Both the position numbers and the translations under genes were made by a program. Positions 13,416 through 24,920 of a DNA stretch of 63,994 nucleotides are shown here, in pieces. The stretch is from Rhynchobatus australiae (Eukaryota). Location: NCBI GenBank assembly GCA_034780895.1, contig JAUZTB010000076.1, positions 25,377,543 through 25,441,536 on the forward strand. Direction: 5' to 3'. Below the pieces are notes generated by a model. It saw nothing but the letters and a program-made list of their open reading frames with translations, had not been told where the DNA came from and searched no databases. Each line of letters begins with the position of its first letter. Position 1 is the first letter of the stretch.

Positions 13416-14734
13416 TGACAAGTCTATCAAGCATCATCATTATCATCGCTTTTGTTAGGCTTATAATCTTGCAATGAGATTAGTAAATCAGAGCAGTATA
13501 ATATGTGTTCTTATATCATGACTACTGGCTGAAAACTGCTTCTGTCCCTTTTACTGAATAGAGCAGTATTTTCTTTTAGTATTTGCTTCAGGGCACAAAG
13601 TTTATTATTTATTAATGCCAATCACTTATATTAAAATAAATGACGAGTACTAAGGTTGAATTTTTCTTAAGAAAAAGAAAATACAACATTGGTCCTGTTT
13701 GTAACTCTGGTTAAGTGTTGAAAAGGTGAGTGGAGAAAAGGCAAGTTGGAATCTCATGCCTGCCTCTGGAAATGAGAACCTGACTTCTGAGTTTCTGCAC
13801 AGAATTGCTGCACAACTTCTCATATCATTCTCATTTGAAAGTATGTATGTGCACAAAGAACTTCTGGGCACTTGCTCTTGTCATGTGCTCAGTAGAGTGT
13901 GTTAAATTATCAAACAGTTTGATGCCAGTTTCCTTCCTGCAAGGAAATAACCTGATTGACTTTAACTGGCCACCTGCTACATTTTCAGCAGGTGGTTAAG
14001 GTAATTCACATGTAAAATCTAAAATTTGCACAGATTGAAAGATTATGAATTATTTCACTCAATGCAGATCTTCTTAACCACTTGTTTGATGCAAATATTT
14101 TTTCTTTGTTAACAGTCAGCTATTGATGGTATGGGAGAATGAAATATTTTTCACATTTAGCATTCAGCACTGACAACAAGTATCTTCTAGTCATGGGACA
14201 GCAACACTTTGTATTTTATGCATGGTTTTTGTCATTGTAAAGCATCATAGGACAGTCACTGAAGAGAAGCTGTTTTTGAGCAGTATAAAATACCACATAG
14301 TATTATTAAAAGTGTTAGGAGATGATACAGGAGAGAAAGAGAGATGGGGGGAAAATATGTGGATTATTGGAGGCTATATCACTGGCATATTGTTGCAATT
14401 ATGTGTTAATTCCAACCTTAAAATAAATCATTGTCTACTGCACCATTTTATCATCTGTATTTCCCACATCACTTATTCTACCTTTTTGGAAGTTATCTTT
14501 TTTGTTATTGACTCCTGAGACTGTAAACCAATCTCAATTAAAGACTGAGACAGATAAAGGATGCATGGCTTTCATCAGTGATGAAATGATCATTTGACTT
14601 CATTGTTTCATCACATATATCCTGAGAACAACTTTTCATAACAATGCCTTGAAATAACATTGCATNNNNNNNNNNTCTTTTAATTTTAATTTGCCTACCA
14701 CTATTTCAACGTACATCATTCAAAGTGGCTGGAT

Positions 14735-17648
14735 ATTTACTGAGACTGCTGTGTGCTATGTCACACTGAAACGTGGCTTACACCTTCATCTGAATGTGCC
14801 ATATAACCTGAGGGCTTTTCAGTCCACTGAATGGACCACACAGCATCCTCGGTCAAAGTTAGAGGCAGAGGGGTCTGCTTCTTAATCAATAACTCATGCT
14901 CAGAAGTGACAGTCCTGGTGAGCTCCTGCTCACCCAGCCTGGAATATCTAACGGTGAAGTGTCGACCATACTACCTGCCACAGGAGTTCACTTCAGCTAT
15001 CCTGATGGCAGTCTATATCCCATCCAAGACGAACATGAAACCTGCACTCATTGAACCATACTCTATGGTCAACAGCCTTGAAGCAGGATACCCTGAGTCC
15101 CTCTTCAATATTGCAGGTGAGTTCAACCAGGCCAACCTCGAGTGTATTACCAAAGTACTACCAGCATGTCTCCTGTCACACCAGAGATCCTAACACCCTT
15201 GGCCATTGCTATACAACCNNNNNNNNNNNNNNNNNNNNNNNNNNNNNNNNNNNNNNNNNNNNNNNNNNNNNNNNNNNNNNNNNNNNNNNNNNNNNNNNNN
15301 NNNNNNNNNNNNNNNNNNNNNNNNNNNNNNNNNNNNNNNNNNNNNNNNNNNNNNNNNNNNNNNNNNNNNNNNNNNNNNNNNNNNNNNNNNNNNNNNNNNN
15401 NNNNNNNNNNNNNNNCAATAACAGTACAGAGCAAAGTGTCACAGCTACAGAGAAAGTGTAGTGCAATAAGGTGCAAGGTCACCACACGGTAGATTGTGAG
15501 GTCAAGAATCCACTTCATCATATAGGGAACTGTTCAATAGTCTTATCACAGTGGGATAGAAGCTGTCCTTAAGCCTGGTGGTATGAGCCTTCAGGCTCCT
15601 GTATCTTCTACCTGATGGAAGAGGAGAGAAGAGAGAATGACCCAGGTGGGTAGGGCCTTTGATTATGCTGGCTGCTTCACCAAGGCAGTGAGAGGTAAAG
15701 GCAGAGTCCAAAGAGAACAATACAGGTGTTCCCAAACTGGAAACCATGGATGAACCAGGAGATCCACTCCTTACTGAAGTCGAGGACTGCTGCATTCTAA
15801 TCAGGCGACCCTGACCTTTACAAGAAATTGAGATACCTCCATAAAGCTATCAGGAATGCCAAGAGACAATACCAGTTCAAAATAGAATCCCAGAGCAGTC
15901 GTCAATTGTGGCAGGACTTGCATGTAATAACAGGCTACAAAATGAAGGCGGGCAGCACAGTCAACAACAGTGCATCCCTCCCTGATGAGCTTAACACATT
16001 CTATGCATGTTTTGAGCAGGAGGGGAATGGTTTGTCATCACCCACCCTGACAGCCTCCAATGCAACTGAACCCATGGTCACCATCAAGGACAAAAGATCA
16101 GTCTTCCAGAGAGTGAACCCGAGGAAAGCATTTGGCCCGGATGGTGTCCCTGGCCGTGTGCTCAGATATTGTGTTGATTAGCTGGCGGGGTATTTGCAGA
16201 TATATTTAACCTCTCCCTTCTTTAATTGGAGATGACCACTATCATCCCAGTACCTAAGAAAAACAAGATAACATGCCTTAATGACTACCAACCGATGGCT
16301 CTGACATCTACTATCATGAAGTGCTTTGATGTGTCATTTGACACATCAACTCCAGCCTCTTGGAAAACCTCAACCCACTGCAATTCGCCTACCACTGAAG
16401 CAGGTCTACAGTGACGCCATCTCCCTGGCCCTACACTCATCTCTGGAGCATCTGGACAGTAAAGACACTTACGTTAGACTTTAGGTTATTGACTTCAGCT
16501 CCACCTTCGATACTATAATTCCAAGCAAACTCATCACCAAACTCCGAAACCTGGGACCTGCAACTGGATCCTTGACTTTCTGACCAACAGACCACAATCA
16601 GTGAGGATAGGGAGCAATACCTCCAGCATGATCATTCTCAACACTGGTGCCCTACAATGCTGCATCCTCAGCCCTCTACTCCCTATATACTCATGACTTC
16701 ATGGCCAGATTCTNNNNNNNNNNNNNNNNNNNNNNNNNNNNNNNNNNNNNNNNNNNNNNNNNNNNNNNNNNNNNNNNNNNNNNNNNNNNNNNNNNNNNNN
16801 NNNNNNNNNNNNNNNNNNNNNNNNNNNNNNNNNNNNNNNNNNNNNNNNNNNNNNNNNNNNNNNNNNNNNNNNNNNNNNNNNNNNNNNNNNNNNNNNNNNN
16901 NNNNNNNNNNNNNNNNNNNNNNNNNNNNNNNNNNNNNNNNNNNNNNNNNNNNNNNNNNNNNNNNNNNNNNNNNNNNNNNNNNNNNNNNNNNNNNNNNNNN
17001 NNNNNNNNNNNNNNNNNNNNNNNNNNNNNNNNNNNNNNNNNNNNNNNNNNNNNNNNNNNNNNNNNNNNNNNNNNNNNNNNNNNNNNNNNNNNNNNNNNNN
17101 NNNNNNNNNNNNNNNNNNNNNNNNNNNNNNNNNNNNNNNNNNNNNNNNNNNNNNNNNNNNNNNNNNNNNNNNNNNNNNNNNNNNNNNNNNNNNNNNNNNN
17201 NNNNNNNNNNNNNNNNNNNNNNNNNNNNNNNNNNNNNNNNNNNNNNNNNNNNNNNNNNNNNNNNNNNNNNNNNNNNNNNNNNNNNNNNNNNNNNNNNNNN
17301 NNNNNNNNNNNNNNNNNNNNNNNNNNNNNNNNNNNNNNNNNNNNNNNNNNNNNNNNNNNNNNNNNNNNNNNNNNNNNNNNNNNNNNNNNNNNNNNNNNNN
17401 NNNNNNNNNNNNNNNNNNNNNNNNNNNNNNNNNNNNNNNNNNNNNNNNNNNNNNNNNNNNNNNNNNNNNNNNNNNNNNNNNNNNNNNNNNNNNNNNNNNN
17501 NNNNNNNNNNNNNNNNNNNTATTCTGTTATTGTTTTTACCCTGTACTACCTCAGTGCACTGTGTAATGAATTGATCTGTATGAATGGTATGCAAGATAAG
17601 TTTTTCACTGTACCTTGATACAAGTGGCAGTAATGTACCAATACCAAT
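14735..17648 (+). mobile_element. Rex1/Babar LINE, long degenerate copy (APE + RT + 3' UTR, two gaps)
   Basis: APE: GVCFLINNS...LEYLTVKCRPYYLPQEFTS...VYIP...GEFNQANL. RT: [45 protein letters not shown]. 3' UTR ends taccaataccaat. Confidence 0.9.
15416..15712 (-). mobile_element. Rex1 3' fragment nested antisense inside the Rex1 copy
   Basis: Minus ORF FSPLPSGRRYRSLKAHTTRLKDSFYPTVIRLLN plus 3' UTR, lying between the host APE and RT segments. Confidence 0.85.
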
Positions 17649-18659
17649 TTTCAAACCCTTTCAGAATAATGAGGATCATTTTAGGGATATTCTCTCATCG
17701 CCCTTAGTAATTGAATATAACAATGTCTTTCATCAGATTTTCCCAATGATGTGTTATCAACAGTAATGGAGTGTTTTTGCCATTGACCAATAGCTTGAAT
17801 TTGAACTTGAATGACATTTTTTAATGATGTATAAGAATTGAAAGGTGTACAATCAGGAGCTGAATTGTGATTAAATAGTTTATAATTCTAGTGCATAACC
17901 TTAGTTTTCTAATTCCTAATCTCAAAATTAATGGTTCAATGTCAAAACAATCTACTTATCTTGTTCACTAATAGTGTGATTGATATGAATTGTTAAGATT
18001 TGGAACAATTTTATATCATAGCTAATATATCAAAAAAGTGCTGCAAATAATAACAGTATGTAAAACAAAAAAATAATTTAACAGGAAAATATTTAAGGAG
18101 TCAAATAGACATACCCATAATAAAATTCTATAATCCAATACTGAAGTCTGAGCTATTTTAAAAACTATTCTCTATAAATAGCTGCAGTGAAGATGCACAA
18201 GGTTACATGCTGGAGTGGGTTGACTTCAAGCTGATTTAAAGGACTCTGCAATTGTCTGCTGCTTTAATCATCTTTTTGTCCTATAGCCATAATAGATTTA
18301 TTTTAAAGAAGGTTAGTTAAGCGGTTCATAATGGGGATAAGTGGTGAGTCAAAATAAAAGGTACACAATTTAACAACTAAAGCTCTTCAGATAAAGACCT
18401 GTTCAAACTATAAAGATCATTCTGTATTTTGACAGCTATTGAATCTTCCATGGTTTGCCAGAGGACTAGTAGAAGTCATAAGGCCCTTCCACTGTGTGGT
18501 GTTTAAAAAATTGCTTTTGTCTTAAATATGACTTTTAGCTACCTTGTCTAGCTATGGCAATTAGTGGAATTACTGCAATGGTAATTAGATGTAGGATGAA
18601 AAAAGAAAAAAAGTGTAAATGTTTGAAAGTAAATCTGTTTCATTGTTTTATTTCAGAAA

Positions 18660-19030
18660 ATTGCTAAATCCTGCAAAATGGAAAGAGGCCATTCAGCCTA
18701 ATGTATCTGCACTGGCTCTTGAAGTATTTCTCTAGATGGTCCCACCTTCTTGCTGCTTCACCATGCACCTTCAGTTCTTATTCTTCTTCTGTTCCTTTTA
18801 AGAAAGTGACTATTTCTACTTCCATCACATTTTATATCATAACCTATCATTTTGTCAATTATCTTAGATCACCCTTTTGTTATTGAATTATGTACCAGAG
18901 GAAACATTTTCTCCTTGCCTACTTTATCAAGATCCCTCATAATTTAGAAAATCTTTATTATATTTTCTTTTATCCATCTATGTTGTAAGGAGAAGAATCT
19001 TGGCATCTGCAATCTTTCTACGTAACTGAT
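18660..19030 (-). mobile_element. Degenerate CR1 3' region
   Basis: ggaaagaggccattcagcc...ggaaacattttctcc...ccctcataattt pattern. Confidence 0.55.
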
Positions 19031-19204
19031 TTCACGTTGCAGGAATTTTTCTGGAAAATCACCTCTCTGTTAACTTAAATATTAGTGCAGTTATTAATTT
19101 GATATTTTGTATTAATATGTTATATTGTTATGTCTAGATTAATGCATTCCTGCTAGTGAATTCATAACAACAATTCATCCAAACAGTAATTGAAAATAAA
19201 AAAA

Positions 19205-19413
19205 ACTGCAAATGCTAGAAATCTGTGCTGGAAATATTCAACAAGTCGGGCAGTATCAGTGGAGAGAGCAGCAGAATTAACATTTCAGGTTAATGGCCCT
19301 TCATCAGAATCAGGACCATTTTCTCATGAAAGGTCATAAATCTGAAATATTAGGTTTGTCATCAAAGTTGATGCCTGACTTATTGAGTATTTCCAACACT
19401 TTCTGTCTTAATT
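19205..19413. mobile_element. Inverted (head-to-head) pair of Penelope-like termini
   Basis: tgctggaaatattcaacaagtcgggca...cccttcatcag is followed by its diverged reverse complement ctcatgaaagg...tgcctgacttattgagtatttccaaca. Confidence 0.75.
19274..19311 (-). ncRNA. Minimal type I hammerhead ribozyme motif (intact core)
   Basis: Minus strand GAUU-CUGAUGA-AGG-GCCAUUAA-CCU-GAAAU-GUU/AAUU; stems I and II pair by WC or G-U. Confidence 0.6.
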
Positions 19414-19454
19414 CCTCCATACAAATTGATTTAATCCTTAAATCTCCAAGTATA

Positions 19455-19747
19455 TTACGACTGCCTCAGCCCTAGCAACCTGGGTTCAACCTTGACCTCC
19501 AGTGCTGTGTGGAGTTTACACATTCTCCCTGTGATAGTGTGGATTTCCTCTGGGTGCTCAGTTTACTCCTATGTCCCAAAGACCTGTGAATTATCCACTG
19601 TACATTGTCCTCAGTGTTTCGGTAGGGGTGGTGACAGAATCTGGGGGAATTTGTTAAGGATATGTCAGATTTGTATAAATGGGTCCTCAATGGTTGACAT
19701 AGACTTGATGGGCTGAAGGACATTTGAGTCTTGCAGACTCTGACTCT
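19455..19747 (+). mobile_element. V-SINE (HE1-like): tRNA-derived head, V domain, CR1-type tail
   Basis: B-box-like gggttcaacctt; V domain tggagtttacacattctccctgtg...ggatttcctctgggtgctcagtttactcct; tail gacttgatgggctgaagg...ctctgactct. Confidence 0.8.
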
Positions 19748-19850
19748 TTTTTAAAAAAAAAGTTGCATTTAATTCTATAAATTTGTTTCCCATGTACTGC
19801 AAAAAAGATTTTTAAATTATTTGCCTGAAATTTATACTCTAATCATGAAT

Positions 19851-19967
19851 ATGTGTGTGTGTGTGNNNNNNNNNNNNNNNNNNNNNNNNNNNNNNNNNNN
19901 NNNNNNNNNNNNNNNNNNNNNNNNNNNNNNNNNNNNNNNNNNNNNNNNNNNNNNNNNNNNNNNNNTG

Positions 19968-20002
<35 letters not shown>
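19851..20002. repeat. (TG)n and (CA)n microsatellites flanking a 100-N gap
   Basis: Directly visible. Confidence 0.9.
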
Positions 20003-20004
<2 letters not shown>

Positions 20005-21244
20005 ATGTGTTCTGTATTACTTTTGGACTTAAACTAGGTTGAGTTATATCAATTCAATATTATGATGGGAAGTCCTCCATTAAAGGTCACTGCTTTAGAC
20101 TATTGCAGCACTTCAACCAGAAGAGATTTTGCAAAATGCAGTCACTCAATAAAAGATGATAATAATATAGTGGGGAATACATAGGGAAGCAGACTGCAAA
20201 TACAGTAAGATGATAATGGGAGATTTTAATTTTCACACAGACTGGGAGAGGCACAACAGTTTTAGTTTGTGAAAGCAAACTTTTCTCGAACTAACAAGGG
20301 TACATGTTTACTGGATTTAGTGATAAGCAACTAACTAGAGTTAATTAACGATCTGACAGCAAGGGAACATTTTGCAAAAAGTTGAGTTTGTTTTTGAGAG
20401 GCATAAAGGAGAGCCAAAGCCAAGGTTTGTACTTTTAGTAAGATAAACTTCAAAGGGATCAGAAATTAATTAAGTTTAAGAAACTGTATAGAAGTACCAG
20501 TGGATAAACACATAGACTTATAGTGAAAAGTACCAATTAAGTACTTGTAAACCTTTGCAGACCCCTAGAAGGCAAAGGCTGCACTTAAGTAGTTAGCTTG
20601 CCATGGTCAGCAAATACAGGTCCACCCCAAATTACGAATGCCTAATATGTGGACAGCCCATGCATACAAGCAAGCATTTGGGAAACTAGCAGGATGGACT
20701 TACTGGCTGCAGCAGGGCTGCAGGCATCTTCTGCTGGGTGGGAATGGGGCACCACCACCACCTCTCCCCTCTGCCACCACCATCAAGCAACAACAATTGG
20801 GAGGCGGGTTGAATCGAGCAGAGCTGGGAGCACTGAGTATGCTCACTCACTGAGTCAGTGAGGCTGGCTGGCAGCTGTCTTTCCCATGCCAGCTCGCTTT
20901 CCTGTTCACAGCTATTCTTGTGAACCACTAATTTTCTTCAGTTCCTCAGTCTCACCTCAACCATGGTTCTCTAATGTGTCTGGCAAGTTTTTGTGCCACC
21001 TTCTGAGAAGACAGACGTGAAATATTTGTTCATTTCTGACTTGTGAACAGTTTGCGTTACAACAGTCCTGTAGAACAGAAGCCTGTTGTAACCTGAGGCT
21101 GACCTGTAACAAAAAGCCTTAAAAAGAAATGCCAGAAAAACAACAGGCGAGTTGCAGGCGAGTAAGAAGTGGGGGGAGAAAAGGGAACATAGCAGGGGAT
21201 AACAATAGGGAAATAAGTAATGAAGATAATGAATGATGATGGGA

Positions 21245-21995
21245 GACACGAGACTGTAGATGCTGGAATCTGGAGCAACAAAGAAGATACTGGAGGAATT
21301 CAGCGGGTCAGGCAGCATCTGTGGAGAGAAATGGATAGTCGACATTTCAGGTTGACTCTCTTGATCAAGACTGAAANNNNNNNNNNNNNNNNNNNNNNNN
21401 NNNNNNNNNNNNNNNNNNNNNNNNNNNNNNNNNNNNNNNNNNNNNNNNNNNNNNNNNNNNNNNNNNNNNNNNNNNNCATTTCAGTTTGACTCTCTTGATC
21501 AAGACTGAAAGACAGAGGGGGAATTGCCAGTATAAAAAGGTGAAGGGAAGGAATGGATCAAGAGCTAGGTGGATCAAGGTGAGGAGGGGTGATAGGCAGA
21601 TGGAGGAGGGGAGAGTGGAAAACGTGACAGAGGTTGGGGGGTGATAGGTGGAGGTGACAAAGGGCTTCAGATGCAGATAGGACAGGAAGGTGGAGCATGG
21701 AATCAAGTAAGGGAGGTGGGGAGAGCAGATAGGGAACAGTGGTGGGAGGGGAACCAGTGGAAGGAGTGTGTTGGTGATGAGCAGTCAGAATGGCTGGAGG
21801 AGGGGAAAGAGAAAAGGTGATGGGTTGAGTGAAGAAGTGGGTAGATCAGGAGGAGAGAGAAATGTGGCAGGGGGAGCAGTTTACCTGAAGTTGGAGAATT
21901 CAATGTTCATGCCATTGGGTTGTAGACTACCCGGGTGGAATATGAGATGCCATTCCCCTAGTCTGTGTTTAGCCTCACCCTGGCAGTGGAGGAGA
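21245..21995 (-). mobile_element. Penelope-like element 3' part (ORF C-terminus, purine/pyrimidine-biased UTR, terminus with mutated hammerhead)
   Basis: Minus ORF LLHCQGEAKHRLGEWHLIFHPGSLQPNGMNIEFSNFR fits the C-terminus of the Penelope GIY-YIG domain (LIxxLGTLxPxGLN). Terminus gatgctgcctgacc...ccagcatct is present. 21477-21510 duplicates 21343-21376 across a gap. Confidence 0.8.
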
Positions 21996-22189
21996 CACAT
22001 GGAGTACACACATTGAATAATAAATGGGGAACTTGGTTGATTAAAGTGAGATAGAGGTGAATATATCATGAACAGCAAGCTAGGGGTACGTTGTATCCAT
22101 TTTCACAGTGGCAGATAAGATCAAAGTATCAATGTTACAAGCCAAACTATAATAGTAAGGAATGGAATTTAATATATAAAAATAAAAAT

Positions 22190-23265
22190 TTGTTCCTTGA
22201 CTCTCACCTCTCAAGGACAGTCACACTCACCAACTCAAGATGCCCTGGGAAAACTGAAATCATCGACATCAGAGGGAAAATGCTCTAATAATTAGAATTA
22301 AACAATGCACGTGGGAAATATTTGTGGTTGTTGGAGGTCAATCATCTGAGCCATTGCTGCAGGAGTTCCTCAGGATTGTTTCCCTTCCCCAACCCATTTT
22401 TAGCTGCTCTTTCAAAGATCTTTATTCCTTCATAAGCTCAGAAGTGGGAGCATTTACTGATGATTGCACAATATTTGATTCCATTCATAACTCTTCAGAA
22501 AATGAAGCAGCATATGCCTGCATGCAGCAAGACTTAGATAATATTTAGACCTGAGCTAAGGAGTAGGAAATCACATTCATGCAACAATAATGCAAGGCAA
22601 TTACCATTTCCAACAAGAAAAGTCTTGCCATCAACCCACGACACTCAGTGGCCATGCCTTTGCCAAGACCACTGCCAACAGCATCCTTGATACTTCCATT
22701 GTCCAGAAATTCAACTGGATCAGCTGCATAAATACTGTGGCTACAAGGACACATTGGGGGCTGGGTATCACGTGCCAAGTTACTTGCATCCTGACATCCT
22801 AAAGCCTTTGTGCCATCTACAAGGCACAAACTAGTAGGATGATGGAATGTTGTCTACTTACTTTGAGTATACTTCAAAAACACTTAAGAAGCTTAATGCT
22901 CTTCAGGGATAACCCTGCTGGATTGGCACCCTATCCACCTCCCTATGTATTTATTTCCTTATCACCATTGCTGCACTGGGTACTATCTACAAAATGCACT
23001 GCTGTTACTCGCCAAGGTTTCTTCAACAGCATCTCATACCCACTCAGGAAACCAAGGGCAGCAGTTTCATGGGAACACCACCATCTGCAGGATCCTCTCC
23101 ATGTTGCACACCATCCTGACTTGGAAATATTTCACCATTCCCTTATTGTCATTGGGTGTAAAAGGCTGAACTCCCTCCCGAACAGCACTATGGTTCAGGA
23201 AAGTGGCTGTCCACCACCTTCTCAAGGGAAATTCAAGAAGGGCAATAAATACTGGTTTTGCCTCT
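22190..23265 (+). mobile_element. CR1/L2-group LINE RT and 3' end (probably the tRNA-headed family)
   Basis: VVVGGQSS...IFSCSFKDL...VGAFTDDCTIF...MQQDLDNI; 3' end ccaccttctcaaggg...gggcaataaatactgg. Confidence 0.8.
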
Positions 23266-23289
23266 GACAAATGAATTAAATAACTATTC

Positions 23290-23625
23290 TTAAATACTTC
23301 TCAGTGAATGTACTTCTGTAATGACAGCCAGTTTTCACGTGGTGAGCTCCCACGACCAGCGACATAATAATGAGCACATAACCTATTTCCGTATGGTGAA
23401 TTTGGCAGGAGACTGAGTATATTCTCTTTGTTTTTCTTCCAAGCAGTGCTTTGCGACTTGTTACATCCTTTTGAAGGAACAGACAGGTCCTTGGCATAAC
23501 ATCCCACCTGAAAGACAGCAACACTGATAGAGCAGCATTTCCTCGGTCATGCAGTACAGGTTCAGCCCAGATTTTTCTGTTTGAGCCTCTGAACTTCGAC
23601 TTGAAACCAAAACCTATTGACTCAC
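23290..23625 (-). mobile_element. Deu-domain SINE
   Basis: gagctcccacgaccagcgac...aacatcccacctgaaagacagcaac...gcagcatttcctcgg, reverse complement of the Deu-SINE consensus. Confidence 0.6.
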
Positions 23626-24104
23626 AAACATAACTAATTGAGTCCTAGCTGACGACTGGAAGTAAAACAATTGTAGTGGAGGAAATAATGGAGAGCTTCT
23701 TTCATCTTCCATTGAGAGCCAGCTAAATGGATGCATAATTGGCTTGATGGCAGGAAGTAGATGGTGACAGTGGAAGACTGGAACCCTGTGACTAGTGGTG
23801 TGGCACAGGGATCAGTGCTGGGCCTGTTGTTTGTCATTTAAATTAACGATTTGGGTAAGGTATGATTAGTAAGTTTGCTGATGAAACTAAAATAAGTGGT
23901 ACTATTGAGAGTGAAGAAGGTTATCAAAAGGGGATTTTGATCAGCTAGTTAAGTGGGCTAAGGAATGGCAAATAGCGTTCAATTCAGTTAAATGAGGTGT
24001 TGCATTTTAGAAAGACAAATAGAGTACGACTTTTACAGTGAATGGTAGGGCCCTGTAGAGTTTAATAGAATAAAGGGACCTTGGAGTCCTGATGACGGTT
24101 CTGA

Positions 24105-24188
24105 TCTCTTTCTTTCCAGTCCTGATGAAGGGTCTCGGCCCGAAACGTCAACTGTTTATTTCCCTCCATGGATGCTGCCTGACCTGCT
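24105..24188 (+). mobile_element. Penelope-like element terminus inserted in CR1 (runs into gap)
   Basis: tctttccagtcctgatgaagggtctcggcccgaaacgtcaactg...gatgctgcctgacctgct, near-identical to the reverse complement of 41105-41186. Confidence 0.85.
24117..24154 (+). ncRNA. Minimal type I hammerhead ribozyme motif (best copy, sense to ERI3)
   Basis: CAGUC-CUGAUGA-A-GGGU-CUCG-GCCC-GAAAC-GUC/AACUG. All core residues present, GUC cleavage triplet at 24147-24149, palindromic ACGU stem III, one C-A mismatch at the base of stem I. Confidence 0.75.
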
Positions 24189-24920
24189 NNNNNNNNNNNN
24201 NNNNNNNNNNNNNNNNNNNNNNNNNNNNNNNNNNNNNNNNNNNNNNNNNNNNNNNNNNNNNNNNNNNNNNNNNNNNNNNNNNNNNNNNNNNNNNNNNNNN
24301 NNNNNNNNNNNNNNNNNNNNCATGCTTGACTTCATCAGCCAGGGCATTGGTATAGGAGCTGGGATGTTATGTTGAAATTGTAGAAGATGTTGATGAGGCC
24401 ACACCTGGGGTAAAGTGTATAGTTTTGGTTACCCTGTTATAGGAAAGAAGTCATTAAGCTGGAAAGGGTGCAAAGAAGATTTATGAGAATGTTTCTGGGA
24501 CTCGAGGGCCTGAGTTTTAGGAAGGGGCTGAATTATAGGCTAGGACCTTAGAGCATAGGAGACTGAGGGGGACCATTATAGAGCTGTATAAAATCATCAT
24601 AAGGCTAAGGTGAGAGGGGAAAGATTTAAAAGGGACCTGAGGGTCAACTTCTTCGCACAGAGGGTGGTGCATATATGGAACGAGTTGAGGCAGGTACAAT
24701 ATATTTGGACTAGAACATTGATAGGAAAGGTTTAGAGAGATATGGGCCAAATGCAGGCAAATGCGACTAGTTTAGATGGGCATCTTGGTTGATATGGAGG
24801 TGTTGGGCTGAAGGGCCTGTTTCCGTGCTGTATTTCTTTATGACTCTATCCAAATGCCAGCAATCTCCTCAGATATGTTGACTTTTACCCACCTAAGTGG
24901 GTGAAATTTGAGGGCTCCCG

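Larger units (their letters stand above)
23715..24850 (+). mobile_element. CR1 LINE RT and 3' end, interrupted by a Penelope-like terminus
   Basis: VTSGVAQGSVLG and ISKFADETKI motifs; 3' end gggctgaagggcctgtttccgtgctgtat...atgactcta. Confidence 0.85.

Noticed and set aside
21500-21880. G/A-rich tract as an independent G-quadruplex or triplex element
   Set aside because: It is the UTR of the Penelope-like element and recurs at 41215-41480.
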